Assembly: GCF_023055435.1 (NCBI RefSeq)
Contig: NW_025963780.1
Span: 10,788,001 to 10,852,000 of the forward strand
DNA from: Haliotis rufescens
Lineage: Eukaryota
DNA length: 64,000 bases
Reading direction: 5' to 3'
The notes beneath the pieces were generated by a model. The model was given only the letters and a program-made list of their open reading frames with translations, was not told the origin of the DNA and did no database searches. Of this stretch, positions 54,101 to 64,000 are shown piece after piece. A program made the position numbers and the translations under genes. Numbering within the stretch: the stretch's first letter is position 1; every line of letters starts with the position of its first letter.

Positions 54101-56310
54101 AGCAATTTTAGAATTTGTTAATACCAGTGTTTGAAAATATACACTCATTTTTCTCACAGTGACAGGAGGAAGCTAACAATAAGTGTGAAAATGTTATGAT
54201 GTTATGAGGGCTTCATTTTCCGAGCAAAAAACATTGAAAAAGTCCTGAGTTATCCCTCTTAGATTATGACGTAAATTAGTGCCAATTTAACCATGTTAAC
54301 TGGATCACTGTCTAGTCACAACGCAAAAGATATCAAGTACCAGTTTATTGTCTTCTCAGTCACGCTTTTGGAAAACGAAATAATTGTATTTAGAGTAATT
54401 GAGCCTCGTGTTGTATTTTGAACAGCGGGGCACCAAACAAAATCGTAGTCTGCGCATCTAAGAAGCTAGACGCACACACCTGTACCTACACCATGTGAAA
54501 CAGGTCTAATAAAGTCTTATGACATCATTCCTTTATCACTTGGCACCAGTGACATCAAATTGCAAGAGACAAAAGCCATGGTGTTTTTATTATGAAAATA
54601 GAACTCTCGGTAAATGTGAAAAATATCAACAGATTTAATAAATAAGTTACTTGTGACATTTGTATTGTTTTGGCACTGAAACTACTAGGTAAATACTTTT
54701 CTGTTGAAAAAGTACAACAAAAATAGGTGCATTTATGTGTGAACTTACCCTTTTAACATTTCAATCAAATATGAACTTAATATGCCCAAGCAGCACAAAA
54801 TAATTGTGTAAAGGCAATATATCTTATGCATATTATGTGATATAAAGCTTCTCACGCCTGTTCTGAACTAATTATAAATGTTATAGATGCTGATTTCTTT
54901 GATTAAAACAAAAGTTAAGTGATTTCAGAGCAGAATTGGAAATGGACAGTGATAACTTATTTGTTCACAGATCTTGTGTGTTTCTTTGATCCTGAGGGTT
55001 TGTTGTTCTTTGCATACTAGAGTGGTTATCATGAGATATCTGACGCTAACACAAATAATTAGCGCTTGTTTACCTAGTGACCGACTGTTTACCTTGATGA
55101 GTGCAAGACATTTTTCGCTGCAAAACGCAATGAAAATTGTACAGATTTTCCTTTAAACGTAGGATTAATTTGTGAAAAAGATGAGATAGCTATCCAACTC
55201 ACAAATATCCCTAAGGATTGTAATGGGGTACCTTACCAAGGATCGTAAAGGGGTGTTTGATTAGAAAGGGTTATCTAATCCTAATGATTTGTAAGGGGAT
55301 CTTACCTGAGGATAGATTTGGGGGTAAACCTACCCTAACCTTAACACAACCAACACTTTTAGGGCATGGCTCAAAAGTACACAAGATCAGTGAAGCGAGA
55401 GACTTATTTAGCAGTCGGAGCCAAATAGTGCTATAAGCTGCACCCAGTAAACTGCAGTTTTTCTTCTTGCAGTACTTAAAAACATGGAGTATTATTAGCT
55501 AAGTTTTTCTGGAACAACATGAACAAAAGAACTTTTGCAAGATTGTTGTATATCCCAAATGATCATTAAGGAATTGTACCACAAGTACTTGAGTATCATA
55601 TAGCATATTTATGAGAGAGAGAGTAGTATATACCCATCCCATATACCATCAATCTATATATTTTAGAATAAAATATTCCATTTGCCCAGTACATAACAAT
55701 TTATCATTTTCAGTTCACTTAAATTATCTGGGTACATGTGTTACATGTTTTGTCAAGGTCACTATAACTATATGTAAATTTGAGGACAAATATCTCAGAC
55801 AAATGCTACAACATTGCCATATGTGCCACTCTGTCGAGCTCTCGTTTACAAGACGTGCGTAACCTTGACTTCATGCCATGGGTTTATCTGGCGAGGTCGG
55901 GGTGAACACGGGGACAGGAAGTGATACAAGAACTACACAATTTGAATCAAAAACATGTGCGAAACATTCGTGCTTACATAAGAAATTAACTTCATAAGTG
56001 ACAGACATGGTATTTACGCATTCCAACATAGTTAAAGACTTGTCCGGAGGAGATGTAAGCAAATTACATGACAAGCATGGAGTTTGAATGACAGGCAATT
56101 AAAAACAACCCGAGTGACATCATAAACATGTCACAGAATCCTGCTGTCAGTATGTGGCATAGAGGTTGTCTTAAACCAAATCTAAGACAATATGAGTGTG
56201 TTTTGATTCCGACATGACAAATGGTTAATCCACACTTTACCTATTACGTCCAAGAGCTCATAATCGTCTTTCAAAATCGACCAAGTCACTGCTGCAGCTC
56301 CTTCGGCCAT
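36199..56310 (-). CDS. OXSR1: STE20-family OSR1/SPAK (OXSR1/STK39, frayed-like) kinase, 522 aa; exons 56310-56241, 53353-53241, 51821-51713, 50799-50658, 50158-50103, 48958-48849, 48608-48507, 47641-47508, 44678-44630, 43298-43239, 42654-42532, 42304-42275, 41382-41227, 41009-40966, 39808-39756, 39326-39258, 37664-37603, 36285-36199
   Basis: [112 protein letters not shown] (S-motif), CCT domain [19 protein letters not shown]...LIGFAQLTI. All 17 introns GT/AG with continuous phase; sum 1569 nt. Confidence 0.95.
36520..37560. repeat. 34-bp minisatellite (cccccatgtagtagagaaacccggaccaccatca) x~30, kinase intron 17
   Basis: Period 34 (tagtag at 36841 and 36875). Confidence 0.95.
37932..38975. repeat. 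19-bp minisatellite (cagtgtcagccaggttaca) x~55, intron 16
   Basis: Period 19; explains the 19-aa periodic ORFs in all three frames. Confidence 0.95.
38987..39236. repeat. 32-bp minisatellite (ctggctgggacctgtctgaccactcagtgatc) x~8, intron 16
   Basis: Direct inspection. Confidence 0.95.
39834..40305. repeat. 36-bp minisatellite (tggtcagtgtggtcaacaatactgttacaaagtctt) x13, intron 14
   Basis: Direct inspection. Confidence 0.95.
43730..43970 (-). mobile_element. SINE-like family A copy with complete 5' end
   Basis: - strand begins cccatgaagatctgagttagaattggtcttcagcaaccc. Confidence 0.8.
44501..44607. repeat. 53-bp tandem duplication x2
   Basis: caggacttgtatt at 44501 and 44554. Confidence 0.9.
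44936..46837. mobile_element. ~1.9-kb element bounded by ~130-bp inverted repeats, kinase intron 8 (possibly a deleted DIRS-like retroelement or foldback element)
   Basis: 44936-45066 is the reverse complement of 46708-46837; interior is relatively GC-rich, decayed and ORF-like. Confidence 0.55.
45251..45578. repeat. 84-bp tandem repeat x~4 inside the inverted-repeat element
   Basis: Unit starts at 45251, 45335, 45419 and 45503. Confidence 0.95.
47714..48200. mobile_element. Degenerate Tigger/pogo-like non-autonomous element
   Basis: Starts tacagtc; repeated (a)atccgaca motifs with inverted tgttggatta near the right end. Confidence 0.35.
48648..48714. repeat. (GAGT)n microsatellite, ~17 units
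   Basis: Direct inspection. Confidence 0.95.
50830..50993 (-). mobile_element. tRNA(Asp-like)-derived SINE family C with 10-bp TSD
   Basis: - strand head tagcctagtggttaaagcgttcactcgtcacgccgaagaccagggttcaattccc (A box, GTC loop, B box); TSD tcatgaacag at 50820-50829 and 50994-51003. Confidence 0.85.
52300..52740 (+). pseudogene. Old Tc1 transposase remnant (N-terminal half), kinase intron 2
   Basis: [52 protein letters not shown] resemble the Tc1 HTH/GRPR region; stops and frameshifts present. Confidence 0.7.
53621..53933. mobile_element. hAT-like MITE
   Basis: Imperfect TIR cagggtatgaaa / tttcgaacactg; caaatac on both flanks. Confidence 0.55.
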
Positions 56311-56859
56311 TTTGGCGCTGTATATCGACCTTCACCTTGATCAAGGCCGAAAGCAAGGTGAGCACATGTTTCTAAGGGAGGTAATCGAAAGCATGGATTT
56401 ATTTGAATCCGATAGGAAATAAGTACATATTTGAGGGGGAGGGGGGTTAATTTCATAAAGCTCATATGACTACGTGTAATCTTAAATCAACCAATGACAG
56501 TCCTCATAAAATTAACTTCATTTCTGTTTTGGGACCATATAATGAAAAACAATTACTGAATGTGAATGTATTTGTTTAATCATATCATGTTTTAGCAGCA
56601 CGACTCTCATTCTTAAAAGGCTCTTGTGTAGCCCTGACTCAATTATTTTCAGATATGCAAGTTCCTTATATACAAGCCATGTCATGTCACACAAGTCTCA
56701 CGTATATGTAATGTATTAATTATGTCATACAACTCCATAATGTGTGAATATATCAGAACCTGCATGTCCATCAATTCCGCGTTAATGATACTGTCATAAT
56801 GTCATATCCTGTCCACCATGCACTATGCTATGCTGAAGTCGTTATGTCATACACTGTCC

Positions 56860-58732
56860 ATGGTGCCGCACTTTGTGATGAGATCGTAATGTCATATGCT
56901 GTCGATGATGCTCCTTGTTGTAGTGACGTCACAATGTCATACCCTGTAGATGATGCTCCTCGTTGTAGTGACGTCACAATGTCATACCTTGCCGATGATG
57001 CTCCTTGTTGTAGTGACGTCACAAAGTCACACCCTGCCGATGATGCTCCTCGTTGTAGTGACGTCACAATGTCATACCTTGCCGATGATGCTCCTCGTTG
57101 TAGTGACGTCACAATGTCATACCCTGTCAATGACGCTCCTTGTTGTAGTGACGTCGCAATGTCATACCCTGTCGGTGATGCTCCTCGTTGTAGTGACGTC
57201 ACAATGTCACACCCTGTCAATGATGCTTCTCGTTGTAGTGACGTCACAATGTCATACCCTGTCAATGATGCTCCTTGTTGTAGTGACGTCACAATGTCAT
57301 ACCCTGTCAATGATGCTCCTCGTTGTAGTGACGTCACAATGTCACACCCTGTCAATGATGCTCCTTGTTGTAGTGACGTCACAATGTCATACCCTGTCAA
57401 TGATGCTCCTTGTTGTAGTGACGTCGCAATGTCATACCCTGTCGATGATGCTCCTTGTTGTAGTGACGTCGCAATGTCATACCTTGCCGATGATGCTCCT
57501 CGTTGTAGTGACGTCACAATGTCATACCCTGTCAATGATGCTCCTTGTTGTAGTGACGTCACAATGTCATACACTGTCGATGATGCTCCTCGTTGTAGTG
57601 ACGTCGCAGTGTCATACCTTGCCGATGATGCTCTTCGTTGTAGTGACGTCACAATGTCATACCCTGTCAATGATGCTCCTTGTTGTAGTGACGTCGCAAT
57701 GTCATACCCTGTCGATGATTCTCCTCGTTGTAGTGACGTCGCTATGTCATTCCTTGTCGATGATGTTCCTTGTTGTAGTGACGTCACAATGTCATACCCT
57801 GTAGATGATGCTCCTCGTTGTAGTGACGTCGCATTGTCATACCCTGCCGATGATGCTCCTCGTTGTAGTGACGTCGCTTTGTCATACACTGTCGATGATG
57901 CTCCTTGTTGTAGTGACGTCGTAATGTCATACCTTGCCGATGATGCTCCTCGTTGCAGTGACGTCGCATTGTCAAACCCTGTCGATGATGCTCCTTGTTG
58001 TAGTGACGTCACAATGTCATACCCTGTAGATGATGCTCCTCGTTGTAGTGACGTCGCTATGTCATTCCTTGTCGATGATGCTCCTTGTTGTAGTGACGTC
58101 GCATTGTCATACCCTGCCGATGATGCTCCTCGTTGTAGTGACGTCGCATTGTCATACAAGGTAGATGATGCTCCTCGTTGTAGTGACGTCGCAATGTCAT
58201 ACCTTGCCGATGATGCTCCTCGTTGCAGTGACGTCGCATTGTCATACCCTGTCGATGATGCTTCTTGTTGTAGTGACGTCGCAATGTCATACCTTGCCGA
58301 TGATACTCCTCGTTGCAGTGACGTCGCATTGTCAAACCCTGTCGATGATGCTCCTTGTTGTAGTGACGTCACAATGTCATACCCTGTCAATGATGCTCCT
58401 TGTTGTAGTGACGTCGCATTGTCACACCCTGTCGGTGATGCTCCTCGTTGTAGTGATGTCACAATGTCATACCCTGTCAATGATGCTCCTTGTTGTAGTG
58501 ACGTCACAATGTCACACCCTGCCGATGATGCTCCTCGTTGTAGTGACGTCGCATTGTCACACCCTGTCGATGATGCTCCTTGTTGTAGTGACGTCACAAT
58601 GTCACACCCTGTAGATGATGCTCCTTGTTGTAGTGACGTCGCATTGTCACACCCTGTCGGTGATGCTCCTTGTTGTAGTGACGTCGCATTGTCATACAAG
58701 GTAGATGATGCTCCTCGTTGTAGTGACGTCGT
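56860..58732. repeat. 45-bp tandem array, 41 well-conserved units plus degenerate 5' units, each with a CRE-type motif
   Basis: Unit gatgatgctcctYgttgtagtgacgtcRcaWtgtcataccctgtc; manual count 18 x TGACGTCA, 22 x TGACGTCG, 1 x TGATGTCA; no indels. Confidence 0.97.
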
Positions 58733-60219
58733 TATAGTGATGTCAAAACTAATAACTGTCAGTCATGTTTCTTCCTAAATGTGTATATTTGTGAATATGT
58801 TGATAATATATTTTCCTTGAAATAATAGCCTTTAATGTTATGTAGTCATGTTCGTCCATTTAAAGTTTACCCAGTGGACATGGTCAAGACAAGCGTTCAT
58901 TCTTTTCAATGTTTTTTTGGTACGGCGATTATTCAAGACATGCGCTTTTTCAAATTCAGACATTTTATCAAGGATTTGTGGTACATTCATATTGAAGGTA
59001 GCCTAGCTACATCTTCTTGTATAAAAAGCGGTAGTGCAAGACGTCATTTGTGTCACCCAAACTCTGAGCCGATTTTTCTGGTAAATCCTTCATTCAATAG
59101 TAAATTTGTATACTTATTTGGCACTGCCCTAAGGCTATTTAAAATATAGCTTTTGGCTCAACGTATTTAACACAATAACGTTATGTTAACTTAACATAAA
59201 CAACATTTGTTTTGTTTCCAAGCGTTATACACGAACTGTATACCGGAGGTTATTTGTATAGTTGGCGGTCGTTTACATTTAGCTGAAAACATCACCAAAT
59301 GAGTTTGTTATGAAATGAATTGTGTTGTAGTACGTTTACAGTTTGTATCTATAAGCAACCAAAAGTATAAATTAAATAATAAGTAGTCTACGGAAAACGG
59401 GTGTGTCTGCTATGTGCGTGTCTTGCGGGACTGATATTGTACTTTTGCGAATATGTTACCTTAGGGAACGTTCATCCCCATGTGTAAATTTCGTTAGGAA
59501 CGGCATCGTCCGAAAAATCCGGTTCAGTGTATTCGTCGTATCAACATTTTGTCAAAGAAAACGTTTTTAATTGTGTGTGTGGTCCTTGGTGTAAATACAC
59601 TTTATTATGTATTTTTCCACACTTTATTATGGCAATTGCCAGTTACATATTATGCTGCCAACTGAGCATGTCAGCAAAGTTTACTAATTCGCTTAACGCT
59701 GATGCGAATTATTTGCACTTCTTTGTTACCGGAGCAGGCATGAGGCTACCATGTATCAGCGGACATGATGTATTTGTTTAGCGGGTAACCCGATGTCATT
59801 TATTTACCTTTGCGGCAATGTGGCAAAAATGACAGGGAGATCGCAACTGTGTTTTCCTCTTGCATTTTTCCCAGAAGCCCCAATTTGGTAAATTATTGTC
59901 ACTTCTTTGTTACACAAAGCATTATTAGTTTTCAAATTTCATGGGAGAAGATAGTAAACCGTAAATATTAAATTACAGGTTTGTAAATCTGAGCAGACAA
60001 TTCAGGGAAGTGCATAAAATACATTTTAGTTGAAGCATTAAATGTTGGACAGTAATTAGAGAGGTCTTCCTGTATAGAACCAGACCAAAACTAATAATGA
60101 TAATAAGAAAACCCCGCTGCTGTGGTTGTAAGAAATGAAAACAAACTGAAAACGCCGATCTAAATTTGGAGAGGATGGGTTTACTGTTAAAGGCATTTAA
60201 ATGCCATCCCAAACATGCC

Positions 60220-60310
60220 TTCACACGACTTGTAGTGGCGGAAGTAGAAGGTGGTCACATGTCAAAAGTAACCAATCAAAATGTTGGAGAAGTTCTGTCA
60301 TGGCGGCAAA
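60220..60310 (+). promoter_or_regulatory. Putative core promoter of the ankyrin gene
   Basis: ETS-type GCGGAAGT at ~60238 and YY1-type ATGGCGGC at 60300, just upstream of the candidate first coding exon; motif-only evidence. Confidence 0.35.
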
Positions 60311-60394
60311 GTGGTGTACTGCTTCCTGTAAAATGCAACTCCTGTAGAGGTTCTTCATGTATTGTAGGGATTAATTGACACTTTTTGAACTGTC

Positions 60395-63121
60395 ATGAAA
60401 CTGGGCAGTCTAGTTGTCCAGCAACTGGAGGAAGAGGTTTGTTTGCAACACACTGTGTGCTAGGATTGAAACTTTTGAGGCCATGATGCAGTTCGATACG
60501 CATATCGCCGTGACTAAGCTGTCTGCTTCAACTTGCAGGTCGACTTTATTGCTCTAACCTTATGCCACATGCCGGAACGGTGACTCGTGGCACTTCCGAT
60601 GTAAATGTTATTTGTGTAGATAGTTATTTCCCATATTTATAAACATATGAAATGATTGAAACCATGTTTATTACAACTGTCATTTGACTCTTTCGACTCT
60701 TTTGACAGTTTCGTAGCATTGTGTATCTTACACTGAATGTAGAACATATTTGGCCTTGTGTTCATCCAAATCGTATGGGTCGTTATTTTACCATCAAGTG
60801 CTTATTTTTATGATGTATGTGAAAGCTTTCGTTTTGTTGTTATAACCAAAATGCATGTCAATATTTTTGCTCTATGTGATAGATAATAACAGCCCCACCC
60901 ATCAACTAAAGACTTAGTCAACTTTATGTTCAATTGCCATGATTGCTGTTCAGAAAAAGAAGGTTGACTCATAAGTTAATGAATGTGATAAGGATTTAAT
61001 ACCAGGCTAAGGAGAGTCCTACATGCTCTATAATTCATCATGTTTCTTAGCTTTGTCTGCACCATACCCGTGCTTGCGTAAGTGGTAAATGTCGAAGACC
61101 TACTTAAGGCTGTCCAATTACATTAAGCTGACACACCATGATATAACTGCAATACTGTTAACTATTATTTATCTTATTTGATCAGGTGTTCAAGTTTGGT
61201 TTCTTTGTTGGTTGTGAGTCATTTTACCCAAACAGTTGGCATGTTGCTCCTAATACCAACCAGTGGTTTGTCTGGTCCAGACTTAAGTACTGACAGGTAC
61301 CGTATAGCTGGGATATTATTGATAGCAGTGTAAAGCAACATCTAAAGCAACTAAGCTGAAAGTAATGTGTATGTAATTTAGAGAAGATTAAGCAATTTAG
61401 ATGGGTAATTTAATTCCATCAGGTAAAACTAGATAAGTAGCTACAGAGAAGTGGAAGTGCAGAAAATGTTCCAAGTTGTCCATGGTTAAATAAGTAATTG
61501 TTAGTAATTATTGATAACCTGTGAGAAGTTAATGTATTTTGAAGATTAAACTTTTGACAATAACTATGATACTTGTCAAATCTGTTGTCAAAAGTACTTT
61601 GTCTGGTGACTGGTAACATAAAGTTTGATTAGGGTATTCTGCCAAGACATCGAAACCTGGGGACAATGTCAACCTTATTCTATGCAAGTGATTGAACCCG
61701 TGAAGATCTGGGTTAGAATATGTCTTCAGCAACCCATGTTTGTCGTAAGAGGGGACTCTTGTCGTAAGAGGCACCTAACAGGATTGGTTGGTGGTTAGAC
61801 TCGCTGACTTGGTTTGATGCATGTCATCGTATCCCAGTTGCGTGGATTGATGATTTACAAACACACATTTGCCAGACATTAGGGGTCTACAGAATAAAAT
61901 AATGAATATATGACAGTTATGGTGATATTTATAAAATGAATAATGCCTGTGATTGCCATCTTATAAGGAAAGGTTTCTGAATCTTTGTCATTTATTTAAG
62001 CAAGATGTGAATATAAATAGCTACATGTAATAGACGTGATATTAGATCACCTGTTTTCCAAGAAAACTAATTCATGTGATTTTTGTATGTTTAATTGTTT
62101 TCATTTTCCAACAAAAAATATAGATGAATCATTGAACCTTTGCCTCACACAGTGTGGATACATGTAGCTTATACATCTACAGAACCAATAACAACTTCCT
62201 CATTGAACATATTGAAATGTTTTCCTGTATCCAGTGAACCACTGTTGTTAGGCACTGTTGTGTTTGTTCCTCACAGTATGGGTGGTGGTAGGGATCATTA
62301 CAGGTGGGGACATAAATACCAAGCACAGTTTTGTGCATTATGTCTGGTAGTGATAACGCAGGGTTAGAAACTAACAGTTTTTGTCCACTAGTCCTTATAA
62401 TGATAACATTTAGCAAAACCCTTAAAATGGGCCAGTTTCTACTAGTCCTTAGGATACCTTTACTATTGGGCAGTTAGGTAAGGACTACAGGACTAGTGCC
62501 AATTTCTAACGCTGTAATGCAGATTAGATTTTCAACTACGTGACAATGGTGGGCAAATATGGGTAAACAAGTTTTGGTCAAATGTTTTGAATGCAATGTT
62601 CTTATGTTCTTAAATTCAGAGATGTTCTAACATCTAATTCAATGCAATATGATCATGATGATATCAAACTGGTCACATGTGCAAATGTATCATAACCTAT
62701 ACATGTTGGACTTCAAATTGGGAATGATAGCAAACATTTGCTGCAGATCTTCAGCTAGAAAACTGAGATAACCAAGACATGTCCCTGTGCAAATGTATCT
62801 GTTCTAGACTACTAGGAATGTGAACTGAATTGTATTGCTTTGTTTTAAGTCATACATACATATGGGATTGATGCAAAATGATGGTGACCTAGTTTCTCTG
62901 AATATCAACTTACAGTTTGAGGTCTTCCAGGACACATGACCCGGTGTTGCTTCATGGTTACACTTAAACATCACTGATGAACATGTGATATGTTGATGTC
63001 GTCAGTGGAGTAGATAATCCTGGTCCTCTTGTTGCAGTCTCCTCTGGTGCAGGCTATTTTCCATGGGGACCCAGATGAAGTTCGAGCCCTGTTATACAAA
63101 AAGGAAGATGTCAACTATCAG
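60395..63121 (+). CDS. ANKRD28: PP6 regulatory ankyrin repeat subunit (ANKRD28/44/52 family), 5' part; confident exon 63038-63121, candidate first exon 60395-60436; continues beyond the window
   Basis: ttgcag|SPLVQAIFHGDPDEVRALLYKKEDVNYQ|gtacat matches the family N-terminus (PSLVQAIFNGDPDEVRALIFKKEDVN). Candidate exon 1 MKLGSLVVQQLEEE|gtttgt is phase-compatible but less certain. Confidence 0.8.
61696..61852 (+). mobile_element. SINE-like family A, 5' portion
   Basis: cccgtgaagatctgggttagaatatgtcttcagcaacccatg... Confidence 0.75.
62359..62514. mobile_element. Small hAT-like MITE
   Basis: TIR cagggttagaaa / tttctaacgctg, internal actagtcc/ggactagt motifs; TSD weak. Confidence 0.5.
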
Positions 63122-63309
63122 GTACATAGATGCAAACTTTAGTTGTAGATGAAGGACGATGGGATATGGATACCCAGCATTCTGTTCTGTCTATCCTCAA
63201 TGGATCATTAACAATCAATTTGAGAAAAAAAAATATATAACCCTTGCTCCACCTGCTTGTGTTTCATCAAGTGGTTAATGACGATATCCCTTTTGACTTT
63301 TGTGCCTTC

Positions 63310-63572
63310 AAGGTGGCCCATTCGTCCGTGGCAAGGCAATACAGTGTGCCGAGTTGTGCCCTTGAGGCACACCAGAAACAGATGATCATGCGTTTCCTAT
63401 CCCAGTTTGACCCCATTATGTTTTTAGATTTGTCAGGACCATACTCATGCTTGTAGGTTTCACCAAAGTGTTAAAAGTCTGAGTAGTGGATTACTTCAGG
63501 CTTTCCTCCCATATCAACACATCAAACTGACACGCCGTGATATAACTAGAATACTGTTAAAGGCGGCGTATA
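63310..63572 (+). mobile_element. Degenerate SINE family B copy (another remnant ~61045-61160)
   Basis: Collinear similarity to 8690-8940. Confidence 0.7.
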
Positions 63573-64000
63573 ACGATTATTGTTATTTTTAGTTAATAGG
63601 ATGCAATGAAATGACAAATATTTAAACTTATCCTTTTTTCACATTATGCATGTGTTCTTTCTTCTTCAATAATAATAATTATAATATTATATATTGCGCA
63701 TATATATATATATTGCGCATATTTCCACACCACTCAGGGGCATGCTCAAAGCGCTATTATTACCCTGGTCACTGGATCAATGTGCATTCAGGAATCATTC
63801 TCAGCTCCCATCAATGCCATCTCATCCTATCGGGTACCCATTCACTGTTGGGTAAACAGAGGCACATTTCAAACAAAGTCACTTGCCCAAGGAGACATCA
63901 CATTTTACATGTGCTTCAGTGTGGGGTAGGCCTGAAGCCCAAGAAACTCTCAGGAGCCAAGCTGCCGAAATGCGGCCACACATCGAAGGACACTCCGCGA

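Noticed and set aside
56860-58732. CRISPR-like appearance of regular repeats (also 36520-37560, 39834-40305)
   Set aside because: Head-to-tail tandem units without unique spacers, no cas genes, eukaryotic context.
62954-62985. Possible proximal first exon of the ankyrin gene (MVTL...)
   Set aside because: Hits TGA after 7 codons; it would need a 1-nt deletion and a ~53-nt intron.

Overview
Intron-rich animal genomic DNA, most likely a gastropod mollusc such as an abalone (inferred from gene content and SINE style, not proven). Genes reconstructed by hand from splice sites and phases: (1) a tandem pair of secreted PAN/Apple-mucin genes. Copy 2 (12690-18662, +) is an intact ~1570-aa signal peptide-PAN-mucin-EGF-fibrinogen-domain protein. 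Copy 1 (344-~4790, +) is frameshifted and has lost EGF+FReD by deletion. (2) A 4-exon GM2-activator/ML-domain gene (-). (3) A complete 18-exon OSR1/SPAK (OXSR1/STK39) kinase gene (-, 522 aa). (4) The start of a PP6 ankyrin-repeat subunit gene (ANKRD28/44/52 family, +), head-to-head with the kinase. Between those two promoters lies a 41 x 45-bp tandem array with a CRE-type motif in almost every unit. The rest holds a TIR-intact Tc1 element, mariner/Tc1/Polinton fossils, hAT-type MITEs, many minisatellites and three SINE-like families sharing one 3' tail. One family lacks Pol III boxes and has a uniform, pseudoknot-compatible 5' end, making it a candidate structured or self-cleaving RNA.
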